Assembly (NCBI RefSeq): GCF_016432865.1
Contig: NC_067402.1
Location: 33,108,001-33,172,000, forward strand
DNA: 64,000 bases
Direction: 5' to 3'
Source: Antechinus flavipes
Taxonomy: Eukaryota
This document shows, in pieces, positions 1 through 12,165 of this stretch. Below the pieces are notes generated by a model. It ran no database searches and was not told the DNA's origin. It was given only the letters and a program-made list of their open reading frames with translations. The position numbers and the translations under genes were made by a program. Position 1 is the first letter of the stretch; every line of letters begins with the position of its first letter.

Positions 1-1544
1 GAAGAATACTACATGTCCTTGAGAAAGCAATAGGTGATATCTACAAAAAGAGCTGAGAGGGTCAGGAAAGCAGCAGGAGAGGACTGATATTCAACACTTA
101 AACAGTGATGGTCTCCTCTGCAGAGTAGAAAATACAGGTGGAGATTCAAGCAGATGATGAGGACGTCAGGAAGCAGTAGAACGGTCAACTTCCCCAGCCT
201 CAATGGCAATCGACGTAGGGTGCAGCTGAGCAACATCCCCTGGAAAATGTCAAGGATTTCCACAGCCAGAGGATATCATATTATAGGAGGAGCCCCCAGT
301 TTTAGTCAGAATTCTTTAAAACAAAGAAAATTTTTAGGTAGTTGTTCTCTTTCTCTACCCTACCCTCCCATCCCCTGCTAACAAGCACATGAGTTGGTAA
401 GAAATTATATTCCACATGTGTAGGAGGCAGAGTCTGAGAATTTTTCTGGATTTTCCTCAGTTGTTTACTTTGCCATTTTGTCACAATTAAATACTTTAGT
501 GATTTCTGGTTCTTTTCTATTCTCTTGAAGCATACTCTACAGGCCAAGCCAAAATATTAACCTATACACTGAACTTCAGGCATAGTGGGGATTCCAGATT
601 CATGAGGAAGACCAATACTGAAATAGCTAAGTATTTCTTTGCTAGAATTGCAATGGATTCAAGAGACCCTCAGGTCCAAATCACTTGCCTCATGTGCCCA
701 AGGTCACATAGCTAATCGGTTTCAGTCAGGATTTTAATCTGAAGGCACCCACATCTTTCCCTCCCTTCTACCTCCTCAACACAATTATAAGCCCATTACT
801 GTAGCATCTCATTAGGAAGTCACCCATGCCCAAACCATTCCCCATTTCTTGCCTCATCATAACATCCTTTCCTATAATCATGAGTTTGTTTGTTAGTTTT
901 CTATAAATACAGAACCTGGACAGTTCTATTTCAGCGCCATTCCAAGAAATTGAATTTCTTCCATTTGAATTGTCTTAGGAAGATTCTGAAGATCACCTGG
1001 GGGGATAAGATGAATACAGAATTTTAGAATGCCTTCTCAATAATTGCTTACCCAATCTTCTATTTCTTCATGATTTTGTTCTGTATTTGGTCTCGAGAGA
1101 TGGGAACGGATTCAATATTCCACAGATCTTGGGAATATTCAGAAAACACTGTTGACACAGAACATGGTGATATGCAATAGAATAAAGATTCTCTTTGCTC
1201 TCAGGTGACCTGAGTTTGAATGCTGACTCTGCAAATTCCTATCTGTGTGATCTTAAGCGGGTCACCTAATTCATGTGACTCAGTTTTCTTCTAATAGGCA
1301 ATAGATGAATGATAGGAAAAAAAAACACTAATTAGTCACTAATATCTTTTCCAGGTTTAAATCTGTAAGCCTACTTGTGAATCTGGCTGAATGCTTTTTT
1401 TTTTCCTTAACATTTCAAAATTATAGCCATATGCTAAAAATAGTAACTTATTAGCTAGGGAGGGAATGACCTGAAGGGATGATGAAGCATACCTCTCAGT
1501 CATCCCTTCTCTCAGAACCACAGAGATGAAATAGCAGTTGCTTA

Positions 1545-1835
1545 CTGGGACAGAGCATGAAACTTGGAATCAGGAAGAACTGATTTCAAACCTTGTCTCC
1601 TACTTAAAAGCTGTCCTATCTTTCTCTCAGCCTTGGTTTTCTCAACTGCAAAATGGGATAATATTATCTACCTCATAGCGTTTTTTATTAAACACTATGT
1701 CCCAGGTACTTTGCTAAATCCCAAGGATGCAAAAAAAAAAAAAAGAGGCAGAAATAGACTTAACTCTCATGAGGCTCCTATATAAGGCACTTTACAAGCC
1801 TTAAAGACACGTTATATGCTAATTTTTATTATTAT
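1545..1835 (+). mobile_element. MIR with an internal L2 fragment (~1690-1790, minus strand)
   Basis: gagcatgaaacttggaatcagg…ttttctcaactgcaaaatggg…acctcatag; tail aggcactttacaagccttaaag. Confidence 0.65.
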
Positions 1836-3391
1836 TTGAACATCATCTCTGTTACTAATATTATGGACTCTCATCCATAAAAGTATTAGACTAGACAGTC
1901 ATTCCACCTTTTAGGGACTCAGTTTCCCCAAATATAAAATGAAGATTTTGGATTACATCTTTCAATCCCCTTCCCCATCTAGTTACATCATTTGGTTCTG
2001 CAACACACAAAAGCATCTCAATGGCCTTGGCCTTTCCTAGGCAAGGACCAGTCACTACATATGCTCAACATTTCTTTCCAACTGCAGCATCCCTGATAAC
2101 ACCTTTCCCAAAAGAAAAAGAAGCCTCTGAAAGACAATTAAAATGATATAGATTAAATAAAAATCCTTCCACTCTGTTTTCCAAGCTCACTAAGCCTGTG
2201 TCTCTTTAATAGAACTGCCAAAAAACATTTAATTTTTTCATATAAAAACACCTCGAAAATTGAACAAATTTCATCAAATGTTTAAATGCCATAAATGATT
2301 CCAATCTAATAAAACATTAAGAGTGTCTCTGCATCTCATATGTGGTAGGATCCTATTAAATGGCAAGACTAGAGCTGGCTTTTTTAATCCTTTCGCACGA
2401 AATCGCCAATTCCAGTTCCTTTGGGGACATTTGCACAAGTGCCTTTTTTTTTAAATGAAGCAACCAGCTTCTTAAAATAAAGTTGGCTGGGGTTGCAGCT
2501 CCTTTTGGGACTGAGAGGAATCAGCCGACCAGATATTAAAGCCAACACAGTCGTTTGTTGCTATCGGGTCTGGTGGCGTCTGAAGAATGAGAGCGTAGAA
2601 ATGCACAGAGGTCAAAGGCAGATTTGAACCAGAAAGGATTGGAGTACCAGGGGTCCGTTCAGCTTGCCTATTCTCCAGCCCAATTCTGCCTGCCCTCATG
2701 GAGGTTACATGAGGATGATCCATCCCTAAAGAATTATAAAATAATACAAGTGCATTCGTGTAAATAAAGGATTATTTATATCAGGCAAGATCTTCACCAC
2801 CTGGAAGCAATAATGTAGTGTCCAAACTGAATTATAAATTGTAAGTTAAAAAAAAATTCTACAGGCCCAAAATGAGGTTCAAGCATAAAGGGAGGGCAGT
2901 TGACATTTTTACCTGTAATTGGAAGGAAAAGCATAGATTAGCAGATGAGAAACCCCACCATCTACATGGGAAAGAAGTGATGAGAACTAACTTTGTCTTT
3001 CCTGAGGAGACCAAGCCCACATTAGGCAATCTTGAAAGATCAGTTAGGGTTCCCAGAAGTCACCCCAATAGTGTGTCCTTAAGTCCCCCAGAAGGAAGGG
3101 CCATGAATAGGACTGTGGGAACCTTGGGTAATTAACTCAAAACCAGACCAGGCTCACCTGATTTCAAGTTTCATTATGAAGCTTGGGTATTTTAGGGCCT
3201 AACTCCCAATTCACTCAGATATCAGCAGTTCACCTTGTCATTTGTGTTTGGTGTGATGAGAAGATGGGAGAGACCCTCCTGTCTTCTGTAACTACTGATA
3301 TCACATGCAACCACATCCTTACGCTAAGGCTAGTCATCTAGCCTTCTCTATCACTTTTATTTTCTTAAAGATGGTTAACAAAACAAGGGTG

Positions 3392-3393
<2 letters not shown>

Positions 3394-3447
<54 letters not shown>
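3394..3447. repeat. (GT)27 microsatellite
   Basis: Read directly. Confidence 0.99.
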
Positions 3448-3449
<2 letters not shown>

Positions 3450-3884
3450 AAGGGAAACTGAGTTCTTCGGGGGGCCAGCATATAGGGCCGTGAGTCTTGT
3501 TCCCTGGAATCTATTCCAGGTTTCAGATCTACCTGGCCCTCTGAGGTTGGGAAAGCCCCTTCTATTTCTACCTTTATCTCCCTATCTGCACCTACCATCA
3601 TTAACCTCAGAGGGACTTTATGAGTATTGGTTAAACTCTGAAGAATTTGATTTCTTCTGTATGAGTTCTCCCTCCAAATAGAAATCAATTAATCAACAAG
3701 TAGTTATAAAGTTCCTGTTATATGCCACCTGCTAATAGCTAAGCATTAGAGATACTAAAACAAAACAAAACAAAAAAAATGAATAAGATTTGCCCTCGCC
3801 CCCCTCTATCAGGCTCCTTCCCTCTTATTCCTTGGCCACAATGTTTTCTGCCCTGATTCAAAGCTGAATTTCTTTAATAATCAT

Positions 3885-4060
3885 CATAGTAATAGGATAT
3901 AGAGAGAGGTTTTTTGGAAAGCTTTTTGTGAAGAATATCTCATCTGATCCTTTCAATAGCCTGGTGAGGGAGATGCTATCATTATCCCCATTTTATAATG
4001 AGGAAACTGAGGCACAGGGTCACATAGTTAATAGGTGTCTGAAATAGGATTTTAATTCAC
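3885..4060 (-). mobile_element. MIR
   Basis: attatccccattttataatgaggaaactgaggcac…gtcacatag. Confidence 0.8.
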
Positions 4061-4334
4061 CTTTTTGTCTGCTCTTCACTATTCCTCCTAAATTGACTCC
4101 TTAATAGATGGTTAGCCATTTTACACTCAAGAAACAAGTCTGAGAAACAAAAATTCAATACAGAAAAGAATGACATGCTTTGTTTTACCTCAGTGTAGCC
4201 CTCTTGATTCTTCCCTCTATTTCCCTACATTAAAGGCACTATTTAAAGCCAAGTTATTTTTTAATCATAATGATATCTTTTGTTTTTAATATCATAATCA
4301 CTTTCATGAAAAGCAACACGACATAGGGAAAGGG

Positions 4335-4550
4335 AAAATGAATGAGCATTTATAGACTACCTACTACATGCTAGATGCTATATGCTAAACTTTACAAAAA
4401 TTATCTGATTTGATCTTCAAAACCAACTTATTAGGTTACTATGATTGCGCCCATTTTACAGTTGAAGAAACTTGAGGCAAACAGAATCAAGTCACTTGCC
4501 CAGGATCACACAGCTAGTAAATGTCTGAAGCCAGATTTGAGCTTGGGCCT
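4335..4550 (-). mobile_element. MIR
   Basis: gagcatttat…cccattttacagttgaagaaacttgaggc…cttgcccaggatcacacagctagt. Confidence 0.8.
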
Positions 4551-4584
4551 AAGGCATCTCCTTGTTACCTGATAAAAGCACTTA

Positions 4585-4795
4585 GTCGTGTACAGAAGAT
4601 AGAGAGCCAGCCTTGAAGACTGGAGGATGTAGTTTCAAATCTGTTTCTTACACATACTAGTTGTGCGATCCTTGACAAGGCTCACACTCAGGTATTCTAA
4701 GCAGTTATCTCTGAATAAGAAGTGTCAACTTGCACGGGGGTTTCTCACCCAGTAGTTCTCCATACCAGGGAAATCACAATGTCCATCCTCAGTCC
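4585..4795 (+). mobile_element. Same marsupial SINE family as 23715-23925
   Basis: tRNA-like head (gtttcaaatctg…cacatactagttgtg) plus tail gttctccataccagggaaatcacaatgtcc. Confidence 0.6.
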
Positions 4796-4819
4796 CTAGC
4801 CTTATCTTTAATTCATTTC

Positions 4820-5260
4820 ATAAATGTGTGTGTGCTTGTATATGTGTGTATATACACATATATAATGTGTGTCCACGTGTATATATTTATATGTGTGGAA
4901 ATATGAATGTATAGGAAATGCATATACATAAATCTCTGTATATATGTATCTATTGTGCATATGTATCACATGTCTGCATATATACACATTTATTCATATC
5001 CATATATAAACATGCATGTATGTAAATCAATATAGTAATGCATGTAATGTACACATGTGAACTATGTGTATGTAAATAATATGTGTAATGTGCAAGTGTG
5101 TACACATATATGTCCCTATCCATATATAAATATACATGTATTGTTAGTATGTAAACACATGTGTTATGCATACTATATATTATGAGTGTCTATGTATGTA
5201 TATATATGCAAACATATGTATATAGACAGATATTTATCTCTATATCTATATATACACCCT
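4820..5260. repeat. Degenerate TA/TG/CA low-complexity tract
   Basis: Read directly; alternating purine-pyrimidine sequence. Confidence 0.9.
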
Positions 5261-5814
5261 TCCCTCTCTCTGCTACCCAGAGAGCCAATGCTAAATTAAA
5301 AAAAAAAACCTGAAATTTCACTTCAGATCCAACAAACTGGCAAAGATCACAAAAGATAGCACTAGCTCATGTTGGAGGGGTTATCTCTGTGATGAAAAGT
5401 GAGGGTCTAAACTCCCCACATTCTCTTATTAGATATTCATTCCTTTGGGCTAATCAAGGCCTTCTCCCTGCAGAATATTTGTAAAAATCAAATATTCTGA
5501 GGAAGGGTAAGACGACTATTCATACCTTAGTTGGAATTAATTAACAGAATTTTTTGTTTCTTGAAAAGCCAGAGAAAGCCACAGGAGGGGAGGGGTGGGG
5601 CAATTCAAAGGAAGACAGAAGAGAAGAAAAATAAAATCAGCTTTCATCAAGTTTTGTCAAGGTCTTGCACTGGCTGTTTGCCTGACTGAGAAGAGTTACT
5701 AAGCATCATCCTTGAGACTGATGAAGGAAAGTAGACAATCAATCAAACGACGATTGGGAATCAAACCAACGCTACCATTCATGGAAAGTTCATGTCAATC
5801 AATTGCCCTCTGAT

Positions 5815-6005
5815 CATAGAATCGTTAAAAGCTTATGGATCGTAGATTAGAAATGGCTAAGTCCTTAGACCCCATCTATTTCAATCCCTCAGTTAAGGCA
5901 ACTGAGACATAAAATGGTTGCTCAAGGTGACACAGCTAGCAAGTGTCTGAAGCAGTATTTAAACCCAGATCTTCGTAATTCCAAATCTACTACTCTATTT
6001 GCTAT
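5815..6005 (-). mobile_element. MIR3-like SINE
   Basis: ggatcgtagattagaa…actgagac…caaggtgacacagctagcaag…aacccagatctt. Confidence 0.7.
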
Positions 6006-6039
6006 CAGCCTCCCTTTGCCTTTCTAGTCTAAAATGTTC

Positions 6040-6206
6040 CTCTCTGGTCACCACTCCCTTATTTGTATTTTTCCCTACTTAATAGTGTAATCTACTTGAG
6101 GGCAGAATTGTCTTGCTTTTGTATTTGTATCCCCAGTGTTTAGCCCAGTTCCTGGCACATTGTAAGTCCTCAATAAATGCTTTTTTAAAAAAATTCATTC
6201 ATTCAA
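6040..6206 (+). mobile_element. L2 3' tail
   Basis: cttgagggcag…tatccccagtgtttagcccagttcctggcac…aataaatgc…cattcattca. Confidence 0.8.
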
Positions 6207-7346
6207 CGATTATTTATTAATTTGTTACCTTTTATTTTCCAAGCACTGGCAAAGAAAATTTTTTTTAAAACTCTCTCTCTTTTTTCCAAGACTTTACATT
6301 CTATCAAGGCAGAGAGAACGATTTGGTTCTGACAGAACCACGATGAATGAGATGCCCTGATATCTGAATCGGCTCACTAATTTGGGGAAATCTGCAGTTT
6401 CTTTTAAAAGAAGGAATAATGCCATTCAAAAAAACCTCTACCTCTTTCTGCTGACTCTTGAACCCAACAAGTAGGAAAAGAGTAAAACTGAGAAAAGGGA
6501 TAGCAAAATGACTCATTGTGATTTTATTCTCAAAAAGACAAGCACACCCGAAATTGACATCAATCAGTAGTTGAATAAGTAGTGCTGGGATCCTGGTAGT
6601 TAAATTAAGAATATCTTAAACAATCAAATGTGGAGGATGTTCCCCTTGGTGTGGGTATCAGGGAGCACGCTCCCTGGAATCCACCTGGCATCATCAGAGT
6701 TGGCCATCTTCCACATAGCCATCAGGGAGCCTGAGCCATGATGGCTGTCTACTGTGCAGGTTAAAGAGAAAGAGGGCACGAGGGCAGAGACTGAGTGGGC
6801 TTGACAATCACAGGGAACCCTTTGCCAGAGCGTCTTGCTGCAAGAGAATGTCCAGAACCCAGAGCATCGTCACTGTTGTGCTCACCCCCCAAACAACAAA
6901 AACACAAATGTCTTGGATACTTCCTTGGGTGATAGTAGAGTATGAGACAGAATCATATATAAACCACTATGGAAATGCAGGAAAAGAGATCCAAGAATTC
7001 TCACAAAAGAAACCTCTTAACGGTTGCTCATATCTATAAATGTGTTTTCCAAGTGGCCAGAGAGGAATTAGGAAACCAAGGGCAAAGCTGTTCTCTCACA
7101 TGACATTCTCTGGGTCAGTAACAAAGGCCAAACAGGAAAATGGTGTGGGAGTGAGTGGAACAGCTACACTTGCTTTAAAAAAATGTGATGGCTCAAGCAT
7201 CCATGAACCTACCAAAAAAAAAAAAAAATCTTTGTTGAGGGCAAATCCTGAAAACCCCAGTTATCTGCCTCAAGATTAAGAGCTTTTCTTTAAAGTCTCT
7301 TCATTGAGTAACCTCAAATTATAACATTATCAGGATACATATATGT

Positions 7347-7592
7347 GGGCAGTGAGGTGGTGCAGTGATTAGAGCACTAGAACTGGAGTCAGGATGATAG
7401 GAGCTCAAATTTGCTCTCAGACCCTATCTGTGTGATCCTGGGCAAGTCATTTAACCTTGTTTGCCTCAGTTTCCTCATCTGTAAAATGAGCTGGAGAAAG
7501 AAATGGTAAACCACTTCAGTGATTGTCCCCAAGAAAACCCCAAATTGAGTTATGAAGAATTAGACCCAACAAAAATGACTGAATAATGACAA
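7347..7592 (+). mobile_element. MAR1-type CORE-SINE (MIR-like head, RTE/BovB-like tail)
   Basis: gggcag…ctcagtttcctcatctgtaaaatgagctggagaaagaaatggtaaaccac…aagaaaaccccaaa…gactgaa. Confidence 0.88.
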
Positions 7593-7984
7593 CACACACG
7601 GCTGTATGTATATATGCACATGCATATGTAGATATTTATATGTATCTAAATATACATAAAGAAAGATGAAAATGGAGATATAGAGAGGTGTAATTAGATA
7701 CACATTTGTTGGTAGTAATAATAGGAATAGAACATTAGTAATTGGACCTCCTAAGTGAGGAAACTAAGACATTTCAGCACTTTCTCCACAGCTTATCTTG
7801 AATGCTGAGAGAAAAAGTAAGTTGGCACGGATCATAGTGTCAGAGGAAAGACCTGAACTCAGATCTTCCTGGTTTTAAGAACAACTTTCAGATATGTCAC
7901 TATATAATACTACTATGCCTGAAAAGAGCATATGTAATAATAGCAAAACAGAAGTTAAACAATAGTAAGTAATATGTTTTTATT

Positions 7985-8219
7985 TAGTCTTTTTTTCAGT
8001 TATGCCCATGTCTTTGTATAGGACTTTTCTGAGCAAGGATACTAGAGTGATTTGCCATTTCTTTCTCCAGCTCATTTTTACAGATGAGAAAACTGAGGCA
8101 AATAGAGTTAAATGACTTGCTCAGGGTCACACAACTAGTAAGTATATGAGGAAAGATTTGAGCTTAATCTTCTTGATTCCTAAACCTAGTACTCTATCCA
8201 CTGTGCCACCTAGTTGCCC
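7985..8219 (-). mobile_element. MAR1-type CORE-SINE
   Basis: Reverse complement of the same consensus, ending ccactgtgccacctagttgccc. Confidence 0.85.
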
Positions 8220-9504
8220 ATATAATATAATGTAATATAATTAATATAATTTAATTAGTCATATATGATAATTATAGTAATATATATGTAAATATATAAA
8301 AATATTATGTCTAACACACTAATAAATAACATTGACATAACTAAGTATATGCATAAAAATATGTATCATAAATTTAGAATATGAGTTTAGATACCATCTA
8401 ATTTAAAACTGAATTTATGGATAGAGAAACTGAAGCAAAGAGAAATTAAGTAATTTACCTAAAATCACAATGGTAGCAAGAAGTTTGATTTAAATGTGTA
8501 CTCTTCTGTTTGCCCCCATTCTTAGAAGGCCTTTTCCTTCAGTTCTTATGGCCCCTTTGTCCCACTGGTGAGTTCAACCCAGAATCCCATAGTAGCCATG
8601 TTTCATTCTTCAGCGTTGGCCACTATATGCTATATAGGTAATTGTCACAATCTCTCCTCCCTCACCCTGAAACCCCCCAGGTCCTTGGGGACATGCACAC
8701 TTTTTGCCTTTAATTTTATCCTCTATGCTTGATAGATGTTTGTTGATTTTTCTCTCCAAAACCAATGTTATTTCCATTATGTTATATGATATATGTATTA
8801 TATGATGCTAGAGAAAGATGTTTTTGTATGTATATAAATTATATACATACATGTTTATGTATAGTTGCTTAAAATATTCATGATGTCACCTGATCCTGAA
8901 TATAGCCTATAATATTAAAAATAATTTTGAGTGCTAGCATACTGTGATGGACAGAGCAATAGATTCAGAATCTAAGAATTTTAATTCATATCCTAGCTTA
9001 GTCATTCATTGTTTGGGTGGCTTTGGGGAAATTACTTCATCTCTCTGGATTTTAGGTACTTAATTTCTAAAAATCACTTACTTCTTGCCACTGATAAAGA
9101 GGAGCCATTCAGCTTAAAAAGCCTACCCCACTTTGCAGAAAAGGAAACTGAGACATGGAGAGGCTTGAATGACTTGATCAATGATCTAACTTCTGGCTGA
9201 AGCCTCCAAATCTTTCTTTCCTAAGCTGCTTTAAGAATCAGCACTTACATTATATCAGTGTCTCATTTTTCTCTGTTTCCAGATGCCTTCTACAAGCAAA
9301 ATGTTTCCTTTGATGATCTAGACTGTGGGAATTAGCTTTTTCTCCAACACCAAATATTCAGTATAGTCGGTAATAATTTGGAGTGACCCAGAGGACAAAT
9401 CTTTGTTTCCTGTGGTTTAAGAACGAGCCAACGTTTTTATCTTCTAGACTGACAGATACAGATATGTCATTATATCTATATAGAGACAGGTAAATATAGG
9501 GACT

Positions 9505-9635
9505 ATTAATGTCCAACCTATGGAAGAGCATTCTGAGCTTGTATTGGTCTGGACAGCCATAGAAGGACAAATTGTAACTCGACTCTAATATAGTGATGTC
9601 ATTTTGGTCCTCATTGAGAACAAAAGACAAGAATC
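9505..9635 (+). mobile_element. RTE LINE 3' terminal fragment
   Basis: ccaacctatggaagagcattctgagcttgtattggtctg…actctaatatagtgatgtc aligns with 48365-48460 of the other RTE copy. Confidence 0.85.
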
Positions 9636-9879
9636 AGCAGATAGATATACCAAGTTATTTACTTAATATCTTTTCCAACTCAACTCTAATATAGTGATGT
9701 CATTTTGGTCCTCAATGAGAACAAAAGATAAGAATCAGCAGATAGATATACCAAGTTATTTACTTAATATCTTTTCCAACTCAACTCTAATATAGTGATG
9801 TCATTTTGGTCCTCAATGAGAACAAAAGACAAGAATCAGCAGATAGATATACCAAGTTATTTACTTAATATCTTTTCCA
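9576..9879 (+). repeat. Tandem triplication, 101-bp unit (RTE 3' end plus flank)
   Basis: Unit starts (aactc) at 9576, 9677 and 9778; copies differ at only 3 positions. Confidence 0.97.
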
Positions 9880-9959
9880 TTTGAATGTGAGCTCTTTAAA
9901 GACAGGAACTGTGTTTTTCCCTTTCATAATTTCCAGTAGTTAGCACATGGTGTGTCATT

Positions 9960-10130
9960 GTTTTTGTTGCTGCTGTTCAGTCATTTCAGTTGTGTTCAAC
10001 TCTTCATGACCCCATTTTAGGGTTTTCTTTGGAAATATACTGGAGTAGTTTGCCATTTCTTTCTCCAGTTCATTTTTACAAATGAGAAAACCACAGCAAA
10101 TAGCATTAAATGACTTGCCCAGGGTAACAT
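9960..10130 (-). mobile_element. MAR1-type SINE, 3' part
   Basis: gttgctgctgttcagtcatttcag…gaccccattttagggttttc…ccatttctttctccag. Confidence 0.82.
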
Positions 10131-10289
10131 TGCCTTAAGTAAGGGTTTAATAATTGGCAGTTGACTTGGCTTTTTTTTCCACTTAGAATATTATTCTGTG
10201 GAGTCAGAGAGATAGCTATCATTGAAAATGAGAGGAAGCAAAGGAGAACAGGGAGTTAGAAGCAAATTTTGCTTTTTCCACAGTTACCT

Positions 10290-11700
10290 GTGTTCCTTAA
10301 TTGATTAATCTAATGATCTTTACTCAATCTCATTCTGCTCGAACTCTGGGAGGTTATTTGATATTGTTGATTATCTTGTCCTTCTGGATACTTTCATCCT
10401 GTTTTTTTTATTATTATATCTTTTTATTTGCCAAAAATATGCATGGGTAATTTTTTTTTCAACATTGACTCTTGCAAAATCTTTTATTCCAAATTTTTCC
10501 CTCCTTTCCCCCATCCCCTCCCCTAGATAGCAGGTAGTCTAATACATGTTAAATATGTTAAAGAATATGTTAAATCCAATATATGTATACATATTTATAC
10601 AGTTATCTTGCTGCACAAGAAAAATCGGATCTGGAAAGAAAAAAAACCTGAGAAAGAAAATAAAAATGCAAGCAAACAATAAAAGAAAGAATGAAAATGC
10701 TATGTTGTGGTCCATACTCTGTTCCCATGGTCCTCTCTCTGGATATAGATGGCTCTCTTCATTACTGGACAAAATGGGAACTGGTTTGGATACTTTCATC
10801 TTTCAGGGTTTCAGTGACTCTGTTTACATCTGGTTTTCTTCTTACCTCTCTAACAACTCCTTATTCTCCTTTGCAGGACCTTCATCTGTATAATGTCCAC
10901 TAACCCTGTGTCCTCCAAGGCTCTGTCCTAAGACCTCTTCTCTTTTTTTCTCTATATTTGCTCACATGGTGATCTTGCTAGCTCCCATTAATTCAATTAT
11001 TTTCTCTATACAGATGAGTTCCAGCCCTGGTCTCTCATCTGGGCATTTGCAGTTTCAATTTGACAGTATCAACTATTTATTAGACATTTATAACTAAATG
11101 TCCTATAGGTAACTCAAACTCATTATGTTCAAACCAGCACTTATTAACTTTCCCCTTGAACTGACCCCATTTCTGAACTTCCTTATTACTGTCAAGGGTA
11201 TCACCATCCTTTGAATCACAAAAGTTTGTTATCTTTCTCTCCTTCACCCTATGTTTTCTGTCTGTTGTCATACCTTGTCATTTCTTTTTGTGTATTGTTT
11301 CTTGCATATACATATATGCCTCCTTTACTCTAGTCAGACTATTACAATCTTAATTATAATAATAAATACTTAACTGTTCTTCTTTCCGTCTCCCATCTCA
11401 GTACAATGCTCTCCCTCTTCAGCTTTGTCTTTAAGAATTCCTGGCTTCCTGAAAGATTCATTTCAAGTTCCACCTCTGCAGAAGACTTTTCCAAGTCTTC
11501 CCAAATGCTGATGTTTTCCTATGTAAGGAAAATCTACTCTGCACGTATTTTACATGTGTCTATTTATTATCATGCTTTCTTCTCCATTAGACTAGGAGCG
11601 CTTTGAGAAAACAGGTTGATTTGATTATTTCTTTGGATCTCAAAACTTAGCACAGTTCATGGCATATGATAAATGTTTAATAAATGATTGATTAATTTTA
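10290..11700 (+). mobile_element. L2 LINE remnant (RT end through 3' tail), interrupted by L1 at 10401-10786
   Basis: gtgtcctccaaggctctgtcctaagacctcttctc (GVPQGSVLGPLLF remnant), tatacagatgagttcc (YADD remnant), and tail ttagcacagt…aataaatgattg. Confidence 0.85.
10401..10786 (-). mobile_element. L1 3'UTR fragment inserted into L2, with 14-bp TSD
   Basis: Marsupial L1 3'UTR (…ccctcccctagat…) with T-tract at 10402. TSD TGGATACTTTCATC at 10385-10398 and 10787-10800. Confidence 0.9.
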
Positions 11701-11964
11701 TTGATGACTAATGACTGCTGACTCTGGAATCAGAGGACATTGGTTTAAATACTGCCTTTACTTGAACAAGCCAATTAAACTCACTGGTCTTTAGATTCCT
11801 CAGCCATAAAATGATGGGGTTTGGACTACATGACTTCTGGGAACTCTTCTAGCTTTAATGATATGATTCTATGAATTTTAGACCCAAGAAAGTTGGTGAC
11901 TTGTCCAAAGTCACAGGGGTAATAAGCAGCAAAGCCAGAATTTGAAGCAGGGTTTCAGAGAATC

Positions 11965-12165
11965 AGGCCTGGAGTCAGAGACTCATTTTCCTAAGCTCAG
12001 ATCTGGCCACACACACTAGCTGTGTGACTATGGACATGTCACTTTCCCCTGTTTGCCTAAGTTTCCTCATCTGTAAAATAATGTCAAGAAGCAAAGGCAA
12101 ACCACTCCTTTGTGAAGAAAACCTCAAGTAGGGTCACAAAATTTGGAAATGACTGAAACAACAAC
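11965..12165 (+). mobile_element. MAR1-type SINE
   Basis: CORE gtttcctcatctgtaaaat followed by ggcaaaccactcc…gaaaacctcaa…gactgaaacaacaac. Confidence 0.8.

Noticed and set aside
3365-3688. ORFs with poly-VC or poly-TH
   Set aside because: Translations of the (GT)n microsatellite; the same applies at 13746-13976, 18975-19355 and 21640-21885.
9576-9879. CRISPR-like repeat-spacer array
   Set aside because: The units are contiguous with no unique spacers, the genome is eukaryotic, and there are no cas genes.
10539-10903. Overlapping ORFs of 70-115 aa
   Set aside because: They lie in the L1 3'UTR; similar peptides recur at 32076-32328 and 49407-49592 because those are the same repeat.
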